Shown here in pieces: positions 1-8,944 of a stretch of DNA of 44,737 bases. Within the stretch, counting starts at the first letter, position 1. Every line of letters begins with the position of its first letter. Where the stretch lies: positions 1-44,737 of the forward strand of contig JBFYPZ010000001.1 of NCBI GenBank assembly GCA_041303035.1. Direction: 5' to 3'. The notes beneath the pieces are model-generated. The model was not told where the DNA came from and did no database searches. It saw nothing but the letters and a program-made list of their open reading frames with translations. Position numbers and translations under genes: made by a program. The DNA comes from Flavobacteriaceae bacterium (GTDB lineage: Bacteria > Bacteroidota > Bacteroidia > Flavobacteriales > Flavobacteriaceae).

Positions 1-1038
1 ACGGCTGAGGGAAAAGAGTACAGCTATGATGTGCTGGTTGTTTGTCCGGGCCTTCGAATGGCTCCTGAACTGGTAGGTGGTTTGAAAGAAGCCATGGAGA
101 AAGGCATTGTATGCAGCAACTATACCGATCCGGAATATACCTGGGAAGTATTGAAGAATTTTAAAGGAGGCACTGCCTTATTCTCAATGCCCTCAACACC
201 TATCAAATGCGGGGGTGCACCTCAAAAAATCATGTACCTGGCCGATGACCATTTTAGGAAGACAGGTATCAGGAACCAAACAGATATAGTTTTTGCCCTT
301 CCGGGAGGGGTCATTTTTGCAGTAAAAAGAATAGCAGATACCCTGATGAAAGTTGTTGACCGAAAGGACATCAACATCCGGTTTTTTCATAAGCTGGTCA
401 AAGTAGATTCAGAGAAAAAAATTGCCTGGTATGAATTGGAAAGAAATATAACTGCCGGTGGCTGCGTTGTTATGTCAGATGATGATACAAAAACCATCGA
501 CAGGGAAATTCAGTATAATTACAAGCATGTCAGTACCACTGTTGATGGCAATTTATTTGGGATCCATTTTGATATGATGCACCTGGCACCACCTCAGGCC
601 TCGCCAAAATTTATTGCAAATTCAGTGCTTGCCACTGCTGATGGTTGGTTATCTGTGAATGACAGGACCATGCAGCACACCAAATACGCAAATATTTTTG
701 GTTTGGGCGATGTGGCGCAATTACCTACCGCCAAAACAGGTGCAGCCATCAGAAAACAGGTTCCTGTTGTTGTGGCAAATGTTTTGGAGATGCTTAAAAA
801 CAAACAAATAAGCGGTAAATTTTACGACGGGTATTCTTCCTGTCCGCTGGTAACCGGATATGGCAAAATGGTTCTGGCTGAGTTTGACTACAGCAAAGAG
901 TTCAAACCGGATCCGAAACTTAAATCCCAGTTGTTTATTGACGATTCCTCTCAGGAGCACTGGCGCCTTTGGATCCTTAAAAAATACATGTTACCCTACC
1001 TTTACTGGAATAAAATGATGAAGGGGATCGAGGTGTAG
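1..1038 (+). CDS. sqr: Sulfide:quinone oxidoreductase-like flavoprotein (type II/SqrB-like), 5'-truncated by the window edge
   Basis: Frame is open from base 1. Motifs KCGGAPQK, NIFGLGD, PTAKTGAA and YSSCPLVTGYGK..LAEFDY match type II SQR. Confidence 0.8.
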   Translation, partial: TAEGKEYSYDVLVVCPGLRMAPELVGGLKEAMEKGIVCSNYTDPEYTWEVLKNFKGGTALFSMPSTPIKCGGAPQKIMYLADDHFRKTGIRNQTDIVFALPGGVIFAVKRIADTLMKVVDRKDINIRFFHKLVKVDSEKKIAWYELERNITAGGCVVMSDDDTKTIDREIQYNYKHVSTTVDGNLFGIHFDMMHLAPPQASPKFIANSVLATADGWLSVNDRTMQHTKYANIFGLGDVAQLPTAKTGAAIRKQVPVVVANVLEMLKNKQISGKFYDGYSSCPLVTGYGKMVLAEFDYSKEFKPDPKLKSQLFIDDSSQEHWRLWILKKYMLPYLYWNKMMKGIEV

Positions 1039-1062
1039 TTGATTTTTACCAAATTTTCCTGA

Positions 1063-3234
1063 CTAAAATTTTAGCGTAATTCCAAACAGAAAATTGATCT
1101 CAGCCTGAGGATAATAACCCGGAGTTTCAATTGTTGTTATTTCGCCCGGTACCGACCAGGTATCATCATAGGTATAAAAATACCCGTTTGAAACATATTC
1201 AACATCAAAAATATTGTTCACAAGCAGGTTAAAAGCGAGCGATTCAAAGATCCAGGCATTCCCGAGCTGGTATGATGCATTGAAGTCATGCACAAAGTAA
1301 CTGTCCAGTTTTGAGGCCTCGCTGTCGATGTTTCCCATATACTGTTGACCTACGTATTTAGACAGAAGTCCCAGGGATAACTTATTGTTTGGCTGAAAAA
1401 CGATCATGTTCGAGGCTACGATTTCTGGTGAGAAGGCAATGTCTGTTTTTCCAAGGGAGACCAGTTCGCCTCCGGCATAAGTTGTGAAATTGGTATTTTT
1501 ATTGGTACTTAATGCGAGGTTTGGCATTAGCATCCATTTCTGAAGGAATGGAATACTGGCGTCAAGTTCAAGTCCGAACCGATAGCTCTCCCCGCTGGTC
1601 GCTCTGACCGGATTTCCCACATCATCCAGTTCACCTGTTAAAACGAGCTGGTCTTTATAGGCCATATAGAAGAGATTGGCATTTATTTTGGTTTTTTGAT
1701 TGGAAAATCTCCATCCCAGTTCAATATCGTTCAAGGATTCAGGTTTTGTTATCCCGTTTTCGAAGTCATTTCTGTTCGGTTCCCTGTTGGCACGGGCATA
1801 AGAAAAATAGATGTTTTGGCTCTGGTCTATTTTAAAGGTAGTCCCGATTTTTGGATTAAAAAAGGCATAGGACTCGTCTACTGCAAGCGGAACCTGATCA
1901 GAAGTAAGGCCGGAGGTGCTGTAGTGCACAAACCGTTCCTGCAGGTCGCCAAACACAGACCATTGCTCATTAATTGAATACGTAGCTTTAGCAAAGAAGC
2001 TGAGGTCTTTTTTCGTACCGTTTCCATTGTAATATTCCGCAGGGACTTCAAAGTTGCCGGTTGTTTGGGTCCAGATGACTTCTCCGAAATGATCACCGTC
2101 ATACAGGCTGTAAGAACCGCCAAACACCAGATCCAGACCGGCTTTGGAATAATTGGCCAGGGCGTTCAATACATAAAAATCATTGTCGAGCCACCTTCTC
2201 CTGACCAGGTCTGTAACGGAAGGGTCAGTATCGTTGTCGTTCGAAGGATTTAAGCCGTATTCTTCAAGATCTTCATCTTCTTTGTATTGTTCAAAAAAAC
2301 CTTTTCCGAGGGTATAATTGAGTCCCAGACTGGTACTCCAGTAATTATTGATCCTTTGGCTCCAGTGCAGCTGGATATGGTCTTGTTTGTAATCATCAAC
2401 TTCATTTTCATAAAAACGGGTCTCGCCATCGTCATCGGTGTAGATTCCCGCAAAATTAAATCGTCGGTCGGTTTTTAAAGTTCCCGCATCTATACCATAC
2501 CAGGCCTGGTAAGTAACTTCATGTCCGCCAAAGGCCAGTGCTTTGATAAGCGTTTTTTCATTTTTGTAGGCTGTCTGGAGAAAATAGGATTTTAGATCGG
2601 AACTTGCCCTGTCTATATAGCCATCTGATTTGATCAGAGAAAATCTTCCTGAAAGCTCGAAATGATCTTTCAATAATCCCGTTGAGAATTTGACATTATT
2701 TTTAAAAGTATTGTATGAGCCAAAACTGCTGTTTATTTCGGCAAAGGCAGTTTGTGCTATGGATTCTGTCAGGATATTCAAACTGGCTCCAAAAGCTCCC
2801 GATCCATTGGTTGAGGTTCCCACTCCTCTTTGTAACTGCATATTTTCAACCGAGGAAGCAAAATCCGGCAGGTTTACCCAAAAAGTGCCCTGTGATTCCG
2901 CATCATTGTAGGGGATACCGTTAATCGTAACATTTACACGCGTAGCGTCGCTTCCCCTCACCCGGATTCCGGTATAACCAATACCCGCTCCGGCATCGCT
3001 GGTAGAAACAACAGAGGGCAAATAGTTGAGAAGAATCGGAATGTCCTGCCCCAGATTTCTTTTCTCGATCTCTTTTTTTGTCACAGTCGATTGCGTAAAA
3101 GTGCCATTTTCTTTTACCCTGACAGATTTGAGAAGGATCTCATCGAGCTTCACGGTATCCTGTAAAACAACAGCCTCTTGTGACCAGAGGATCAAGGGTA
3201 GTATTAATAAAAGACAGACATATAATTTTTTCAT
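1063..3234 (-). CDS. TonB-dependent receptor, probably for thiamine or a thiamine derivative
   Basis: Signal peptide from MKKLYV (ATG at 3234). Plug domain DAGAGIGYTGIRVRGSD..RVNVTINGIP and C-terminal Phe. TPP-class riboswitch directly upstream. Confidence 0.88.
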   Translation of the reverse strand: MKKLYVCLLLILPLILWSQEAVVLQDTVKLDEILLKSVRVKENGTFTQSTVTKKEIEKRNLGQDIPILLNYLPSVVSTSDAGAGIGYTGIRVRGSDATRVNVTINGIPYNDAESQGTFWVNLPDFASSVENMQLQRGVGTSTNGSGAFGASLNILTESIAQTAFAEINSSFGSYNTFKNNVKFSTGLLKDHFELSGRFSLIKSDGYIDRASSDLKSYFLQTAYKNEKTLIKALAFGGHEVTYQAWYGIDAGTLKTDRRFNFAGIYTDDDGETRFYENEVDDYKQDHIQLHWSQRINNYWSTSLGLNYTLGKGFFEQYKEDEDLEEYGLNPSNDNDTDPSVTDLVRRRWLDNDFYVLNALANYSKAGLDLVFGGSYSLYDGDHFGEVIWTQTTGNFEVPAEYYNGNGTKKDLSFFAKATYSINEQWSVFGDLQERFVHYSTSGLTSDQVPLAVDESYAFFNPKIGTTFKIDQSQNIYFSYARANREPNRNDFENGITKPESLNDIELGWRFSNQKTKINANLFYMAYKDQLVLTGELDDVGNPVRATSGESYRFGLELDASIPFLQKWMLMPNLALSTNKNTNFTTYAGGELVSLGKTDIAFSPEIVASNMIVFQPNNKLSLGLLSKYVGQQYMGNIDSEASKLDSYFVHDFNASYQLGNAWIFESLAFNLLVNNIFDVEYVSNGYFYTYDDTWSVPGEITTIETPGYYPQAEINFLFGITLKF

Positions 3235-3295
3235 TTTTCCCTTTTTTGGAACAGATCTGAAATAGAATCTCAAAAGGGTGAAAAATTTTTGCAGA

Positions 3296-3381
3296 AATCA
3301 TTTCCCTTAACAGCATTACCTGTTCAGGTTCAATGGGTATCATCTCAGCAGGTTTATTACAACCAGCACCCCTAAGAATAT
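3296..3381 (-). ncRNA. TPP (THI-box) riboswitch, variant in J5/4
   Basis: Minus strand reads GGGGUGC-P3-GCUGAGA-UGAUACCC-AUUGAACCUGAACAGGUAAUGCUGUUAAGGGAA, matching the TPP consensus. A downstream hairpin (3234-3285) covers sequence right up to the start codon. Confidence 0.9.
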
Positions 3382-3387
3382 TCGGTG

Positions 3388-3395
3388 CAAATTTA
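3388..3395 (-). promoter_or_regulatory. Bacteroidota sigma-A -7 box (TAAATTTG) for the riboswitch/TonB receptor transcript
   Basis: Exact TAnnTTTG a few bases 5' of the riboswitch. Confidence 0.75.
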
Positions 3396-3589
3396 CAAAA
3401 GAAAAACACAACAATTACAAAAACGAGAAAATTGGCTTAGTCAAAAATAAAAAGGCAATTATTGAAATCCTTGCCTCATTTATAAATTGTTCTTCATACG
3501 AGCACACCAGACTTATTCAATAAAGGATTCTTTGGTTCTTTCCCGATTTTAGAGTACCTTTAGTATGATGTTTGTAAAAGATTAATGCA

Positions 3590-3988
3590 ATGGGATCAAA
3601 AATTTTATTATCGGTAGTGTTCTTATTGACGTTTTCGGGTTGTGAGGATATCATTAATTCGGCTGTTGAATGTTCCATTAAAGATGTAAAACTGGAAAGC
3701 AAAACCCTTAGAATTGGGACGGTTGGAAGAAATTATTACGAAACGATCTCAGCCAATGTGAAAAATGACCCCAATGATGATTATTACATGTATGACTTCT
3801 TCATTACCGGGAAGCTTCAAAAAGGACTACAGTTCTATACAGAAGGTAACAAGTTTGTCATCAATGGGGTTCCTGAAGAAGCCGGAACAATTGGTTTTGA
3901 ATTGACCGTTGAGGTAACCCTGGATGATGAAGCGCTTGGATTATGTAGAGAGACAGCGAAGAGAACCTATGAACTGACAGTAAAATAG
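3590..3988 (+). CDS. Lipoprotein with putative Ig-like (He_PIG-like) domain
   Basis: Lipobox LTFSGC. Beta-rich pattern G.VG..Y...I, G.L.KGL, INGVPEEAG...F.LTV. Confidence 0.65.
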   Translation: MGSKILLSVVFLLTFSGCEDIINSAVECSIKDVKLESKTLRIGTVGRNYYETISANVKNDPNDDYYMYDFFITGKLQKGLQFYTEGNKFVINGVPEEAGTIGFELTVEVTLDDEALGLCRETAKRTYELTVK

Positions 3989-4151
3989 CTTCAGTCTGTT
4001 TGTTGATGGTCTGTAGATAGTGCTAACAGGTCTTTTTCTTCTTGGTCGTTTCTCTAAATCGATTCGGTTTGGATAATATCAATTTTATAAGTTGGTATAG
4101 GACTTATTTTCACTTTTTAAATGAATGAAATACCTGGAATGTGTATCGCTT

Positions 4152-4556
4152 CTAATAAAAGGTTTCATATCCTACAATCACTCCCTTTTCCATTTTGGGT
4201 ATTTCTATGCCATACAAATCGCCATAATTGGGGTCATAATCCTTTGCTATTCTAATATAACTTATAAATCCGTCCTTTTCATAGGCAAGCAAATAATAGA
4301 TCTTTTTACCATCTTTTATTTCGGTAACCCCATCAATAGGGATTTCCAGGGTTTCAAAGTAGTATTTATTACTGCCTGGATAATACATTTTTAACTGCTT
4401 GCCCTTGAACTCTACCCTTAATGGTTCCTTTAATTCTATAGTTGGATCGCTATTTCTTCCAAGAGGCAAATCCCATTTGTACATGACATCAAAACGCAGA
4501 TTTTGGCCAAAAGTAAGTTCAGAAAACAATACAAAAAGGAGCAGGTATTTTTTCAT
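4152..4556 (-). CDS. Hypothetical secreted protein
   Basis: Likely start MKKYLLLF (ATG at 4556) with a signal peptide ending TFG-Q. No recognised family. Confidence 0.6.
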   Translation of the reverse strand: MKKYLLLFVLFSELTFGQNLRFDVMYKWDLPLGRNSDPTIELKEPLRVEFKGKQLKMYYPGSNKYYFETLEIPIDGVTEIKDGKKIYYLLAYEKDGFISYIRIAKDYDPNYGDLYGIEIPKMEKGVIVGYETFY

Positions 4557-4673
4557 CAGGTTCTGTTTTAACAGTAAAGATAATAAATGTAAGAAAAGCA
4601 TGAATATTTTATAAAAAAAAAGGAAAGGTTCCATGATTAAATTCATTCATAATGTTAATATTCTTCATAAAAA

Positions 4674-4704
4674 TTTGGTTTTGTAAAAATTATTTTTAGC
4701 TTTG
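4674..4704 (+). promoter_or_regulatory. Bacteroidota sigma-A promoter for the leader/pheA operon
   Basis: TTTG (4674-4677), 19-nt spacer, TAGCTTTG (4697-4704). Confidence 0.75.
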
Positions 4705-4723
4705 CCATCGCATTACAAACCGT

Positions 4724-4783
4724 ATGAACATTTTGAACAATTATTTTACCCGTTTTTATTTTTACTTTTATTTTAAAAAATAA
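4724..4783 (+). CDS. Phe/Tyr-rich attenuator leader peptide MNILNNYFTRFYFYFYFKK
   Basis: ATG at 4724, TAA at 4781-4783. Five Phe and four Tyr codons in 11 consecutive positions, between the promoter and pheA. Confidence 0.85.
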   Translation: MNILNNYFTRFYFYFYFKK

Positions 4784-4825
4784 GAGCGGGACTTTATTGT
4801 GATAAATATAAATTAGAATAATATA

Positions 4826-4858
4826 AAAAGTCTCGAAATGGTTCGGGATTTTTTTTTT
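4826..4858 (+). terminator. Attenuator terminator hairpin (3:4) upstream of pheA
   Basis: AAAAGUCUCGAA-AUGG-UUCGGGAUUUU stem followed by a long U run. The left arm can alternatively pair with CGGGACUUU (4787-4795). Confidence 0.85.
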
Positions 4859-4872
4859 GGATTTATGCAAGT

Positions 4873-5718
4873 ATGAAAGTAGCTATTCAGGGGATAAAAG
4901 GGTCTTTTCACGATTTGGTCGCAAGAAAATATTTTGGAGAACAAATTGACGTTGTCGAGTGTATGACTTTTTCAGAAATACCCTTACTATTAAAGAACAA
5001 TGCAGTCGACAGTGCTGTTATGGCAATTGAAAATTCAATAGCAGGGGCTATACTTCCGAATTACGCCTTGATCGATGAGTACGACCTTTCTATCGAGGGC
5101 GAATTGTATCTCACCATACACCACCACCTTCTGGCATTACAAGGGCAAACCATTCAGGATATCAAGGAAGTTTGGTCGCACCCGATGGCAATTCTGCAAT
5201 GTAATAAATTCTTCCGGGACTACCCAGATATAAAACTTATCGAAGAAAAGGATACTGCGGAAGTGGCAAAACGAATTCAGGAGCAGCAAATTTATAATGT
5301 AGCAGCTATCGCTAGCAAACAGGCGGCAGGCATGTATAAACTGGCAATAATTGAAGATGATATTCAAACGATAAAAAACAATGCTACACGGTTTTTTATC
5401 TTGAAAAAAGGTTTGGAAACGCCTTGTCATGAAAGCAAAATGGGGGGAGTACTAAATAAAGCTTCCCTGAAATTTATAACCAAACACAAAACGGGGAGCC
5501 TGGCGGAGGTACTGGATATTTTGGCCAAGCACGAGATCAGCCTTACAAAGATACAGTCTATGCCCATTATTGACAAACAATGGACTTATGCGTTCTTTAT
5601 AGATCTGCTGATCGATGATTTTAAATTATATGAAAATGCGCTGCACCTTATTCAGAAAAAGGTGGTCCATTTAAAAATTCTGGGTGAATACCAGCAAAAC
5701 AGCAAAGGTGATGTTTGA
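4873..5718 (+). CDS. pheA: Prephenate dehydratase
   Basis: VAIQG..GSFH, IENSIAG, SHPMAILQC, N.TRF and ACT domain LTKIQSMP. Confidence 0.93.
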   Translation: MKVAIQGIKGSFHDLVARKYFGEQIDVVECMTFSEIPLLLKNNAVDSAVMAIENSIAGAILPNYALIDEYDLSIEGELYLTIHHHLLALQGQTIQDIKEVWSHPMAILQCNKFFRDYPDIKLIEEKDTAEVAKRIQEQQIYNVAAIASKQAAGMYKLAIIEDDIQTIKNNATRFFILKKGLETPCHESKMGGVLNKASLKFITKHKTGSLAEVLDILAKHEISLTKIQSMPIIDKQWTYAFFIDLLIDDFKLYENALHLIQKKVVHLKILGEYQQNSKGDV

Positions 5719-6856
5719 GATAGCGAACAGATTAAAACAGGTAGAAGAGTACTATTTCTCTGTAAAACTGAGGGAAGTAAGGGAATTGATGGCCAAAGGC
5801 AGACCCATTATCAATCTCGGTATTGGCAGTCCGGACCTGAACCCACCAAAGGAAGTTTTGGAAGCTTTAACCCAGGCGTCATGGCAACAACAGGTGCACG
5901 GCTATCAAAGCTATCAGGGACTGCCTGAACTGAGATCAGGCATGGCCGATTTCTATAAAAGATATTACGGGGTGAGTCTGAATCCCGAAAATGAGATATT
6001 GCCTTTGATGGGGAGTAAGGAAGGTATTTTGCATATTTCCATGGCATTTTTAAATCCAGGAGATGAGGTATTGATCCCGAATCCCGGATACCCAACCTAT
6101 GCTTCCGTAACCAATTTGGTTGAGGCAGTTCCTGTGTATTACGATCTGAAAGAAGAAAATAACTGGCAGCCGGATTTGAAGGGACTTGAAGGTTCAGATC
6201 TGTCAAAAGTAAAGATCATGTGGGTAAACTATCCGCATATGCCTACAGGTACGAACGGGTCTGAGCAATTGTTTAAATCACTGATCGATTTTGCAAAAAG
6301 ACACCGGATTTTATTGGTTAATGACAATCCCTACAGTTTTATTTTAAATGAGGACTATTTCAGTATTTTAAAATATCCGGGAGCGAAAGAAACGGCCATT
6401 GAATTGAATTCTCTGAGCAAAACGTTTAATATTGCGGGCTGGCGTGTTGGAATGGCAGTTGGTGACAGCGAAATTCTGAAGAGTATACTTCAGGTAAAAA
6501 GCAATATGGATTCTGGTATGTTCTACGGCATTCAAAAAGGGGCTGTTGCGGCTTTAAAACTCCCCTATGAATGGATCGCAGACATGAATGCAACCTATAA
6601 AAAAAGGAGGGACCTGGTTTGGAAAATTTGTGACCAACTGCATTGCACGTATAACAAATCGGGTGTAGGTATGTTTGTTTGGGCAAAAGTACCAGGGGGA
6701 AGAAATGCCGGGGAGATAACCGATGAACTGTTGTATAAACACGATGTGTTTATAACCCCGGGTACAGTTTTCGGTAGTGCAGGGCAAGGTTATGTGCGGT
6801 TCTCTTTATGTGTTCCGGAAGAGAAAATTGAAATTGTTTTAAACAGGTTGGCATGA
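5711..6856 (+). CDS. Class I/II PLP-dependent aminotransferase (probably aromatic pathway)
   Basis: INLGIGSPD, NYPHMPTG, DNPY, SLSKTFNIAGWRVG. Likely start MFEIAN at 5711 overlaps the pheA stop. Confidence 0.88.
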   Translation: MFEIANRLKQVEEYYFSVKLREVRELMAKGRPIINLGIGSPDLNPPKEVLEALTQASWQQQVHGYQSYQGLPELRSGMADFYKRYYGVSLNPENEILPLMGSKEGILHISMAFLNPGDEVLIPNPGYPTYASVTNLVEAVPVYYDLKEENNWQPDLKGLEGSDLSKVKIMWVNYPHMPTGTNGSEQLFKSLIDFAKRHRILLVNDNPYSFILNEDYFSILKYPGAKETAIELNSLSKTFNIAGWRVGMAVGDSEILKSILQVKSNMDSGMFYGIQKGAVAALKLPYEWIADMNATYKKRRDLVWKICDQLHCTYNKSGVGMFVWAKVPGGRNAGEITDELLYKHDVFITPGTVFGSAGQGYVRFSLCVPEEKIEIVLNRLA

Positions 6857-7710
6857 AAAAGATCGCGGTTATCGGTATAGGATTGATTGGAGGCTCTCTT
6901 GCGCTCGAGCTTAAAAAGATTACCTGGGCTACCATTTACGGATTAGATACCAATCCGGATCACCTGCAGAAAGCCCTTGACCTGGGAATCATTTTTGAAA
7001 AAGCAGGCATGGAAATTGTAAAGGAGGTTGATACGGTGATCCTCGCTGCACCGGTGAATGCCATTCCTAAAATTGCTCTGGAGGTTTTGGATCTGATTGA
7101 TGATAAAACACTGGTATTTGATGTGGGATCCACCAAGTTCGCCGTATGCGAAGCTGTAAAAAATCATCCTAAAAGAAAGAATTTTGTGGCCCTGCATCCT
7201 ATTGCAGGTACTGAGTTTTCAGGTCCGGAAGCAGCAATATACAACCTCTTTGAAGGGAAGGTAAATATCATTTGTGAGCAGCATTTAACAGATAAAGAGA
7301 TCCTGCAAAAGGCCTTTAAAATTTTTGAAAGCTTAAAAATGAGGAATGTCTTTATGGATTCCCCTGAACAGCACGACATGCATATTGCCTATGTATCTCA
7401 TCTTTCACATATCAGTTCCTTCATGCTGGGCAAAACGGTATTGGAGATCGAAAAGGATGAAAAGAGCATATTTGATATGGCAGGAAGCGGATTTGCATCT
7501 ACGGTGAGACTGGCAAAAAGCAATCCGAGTACCTGGACCCCGATTTTGATACAGAACAAAGAAAATGTGATCAGATCCCTGGAAGAATACATTAAAAATC
7601 TCAATGAATTCAAAGAAGTACTCTCGAGAGAATCCGAAAGGGAAGTTTTTGAAATAATGCATAATACAAATAAAATTAAAGGTGTTTTAGCCGGAATTAA
7701 AAACAGTTAA
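6853..7710 (+). CDS. tyrA: Prephenate/arogenate dehydrogenase
   Basis: GIGLIGGS Rossmann motif, DVGSTK, HPIAGTE, HD..IAYVSHLSH. Confidence 0.92.
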   Translation: MKKIAVIGIGLIGGSLALELKKITWATIYGLDTNPDHLQKALDLGIIFEKAGMEIVKEVDTVILAAPVNAIPKIALEVLDLIDDKTLVFDVGSTKFAVCEAVKNHPKRKNFVALHPIAGTEFSGPEAAIYNLFEGKVNIICEQHLTDKEILQKAFKIFESLKMRNVFMDSPEQHDMHIAYVSHLSHISSFMLGKTVLEIEKDEKSIFDMAGSGFASTVRLAKSNPSTWTPILIQNKENVIRSLEEYIKNLNEFKEVLSRESEREVFEIMHNTNKIKGVLAGIKNS

Positions 7711-7712
7711 GT

Positions 7713-8792
7713 ATGGAAAATGAAAATTTTATGACGTGGTTAGATCAGATGAAGCTCAGCCACCCCTTGTTGATTGCAGGGCCTTGCAGTGCCGAATCAG
7801 AGGAACAGGTTCTGGAGGTTGCGCATGAGCTGAAGAAAACCGATGCGACCGTTTTCAGAGCGGGTGTCTGGAAACCAAGAACACGGCCGGGTTCATTTGA
7901 AGGACAGGGTACAAAAGCCCTGCCCTGGTTACAAAAAGTAAAAAAGGAAACCGGATTGTTAACCGCAGTTGAGGTGGGTAATGCCCAGCACGCCAAATTA
8001 GCACTTGAGTTTGACATCGATATACTCTGGATCGGAGCAAGGACCACGGTGAATCCGTTTACTGTACAGGAAATAGCCGATGCTTTAAAAGGCACCGACA
8101 AGGTGGTACTTGTTAAAAACCCGATAAACCCTGATCTGGAATTATGGATTGGAGCTATTGAAAGGTTGTATACGTCCGGCATTAAGAATATTGGAGCCAT
8201 TCACAGGGGATTCTCGACCTTTAGAAAAACAAAATACCGGAATATACCCAACTGGCAGATCCCGATCGACCTGAAGATCAAGTATCCAACACTTCCAATA
8301 ATCAATGATCCTTCACATATCTGTGGTGAAAGGGAAGGAATTTTCGATGTTGCCCAAACAGCTCTCGACCTGAAATTTGATGGTTTAATGATCGAAACGC
8401 ATTGCCATCCTGATCAGGCCTGGAGCGATGCCAAGCAACAGATCACCCCTCAAAGACTGGTTGAAATTACCGAAAACTTGCGGGTGAGAAGAGAAACCTT
8501 TGAGCAGGAAGAATCACTGGTCAAATTGCAGGCCTTGAGAAAGGAGATCGATGCACTGGACGCCCAGCTGCTGGAAACCTTATCCAGCAGAATGCAGGTT
8601 GTGGAGAATATAGGTCTGGTTAAAAAACAGGGCAATGTGGCTATCCTTCAAAATACCAGGTGGAATGAAATATTACAGAAGGTGGTTGATGGAGGAATCT
8701 CACATGGCTTGAATAAGGAGTTTATAGAAAATGTATTCAAATCTATACACCAGGAGTCCATTGCCCATCAAAAAAAGATTATAGACGCATAA
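7713..8792 (+). CDS. Bifunctional DAHP synthase (type I-beta) / C-terminal chorismate mutase
   Basis: IAGPCSAES, KPRT, WIGART, HRGF, DPSH. C-terminal LRKEID.LD..L...R AroQ-type domain. Confidence 0.92.
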   Translation: MENENFMTWLDQMKLSHPLLIAGPCSAESEEQVLEVAHELKKTDATVFRAGVWKPRTRPGSFEGQGTKALPWLQKVKKETGLLTAVEVGNAQHAKLALEFDIDILWIGARTTVNPFTVQEIADALKGTDKVVLVKNPINPDLELWIGAIERLYTSGIKNIGAIHRGFSTFRKTKYRNIPNWQIPIDLKIKYPTLPIINDPSHICGEREGIFDVAQTALDLKFDGLMIETHCHPDQAWSDAKQQITPQRLVEITENLRVRRETFEQEESLVKLQALRKEIDALDAQLLETLSSRMQVVENIGLVKKQGNVAILQNTRWNEILQKVVDGGISHGLNKEFIENVFKSIHQESIAHQKKIIDA

Positions 8793-8840
8793 AAGTTGGC
8801 ATTTCTTTTCCTGACTTTTTTTTTGGCTTCAGATAAAATT

Positions 8841-8872
8841 AAATCCGGAGGGTTGACCTGCCGGATTTTTTA
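8841..8872 (+). terminator. Intrinsic terminator of the aromatic operon
   Basis: AAATCCGG...CCGGATTT stem followed by Ts. Confidence 0.7.
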
Positions 8873-8944
8873 TTTCAGACGAAAGGTTTTTAATCAGCCG
8901 CAGATTAAAATAGTGAGTATCTTTGCAAGACTCAGGAATCAATT

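Noticed and set aside
3140-3409. 89-aa minus-strand ORF upstream of the TonB receptor
   Set aside because: It spans the promoter and riboswitch and overlaps the receptor in another frame, so it is a chance ORF.
4655-4870. 71-aa minus-strand ORF
   Set aside because: Antisense to the leader and attenuator, a low-complexity AT-rich translation.
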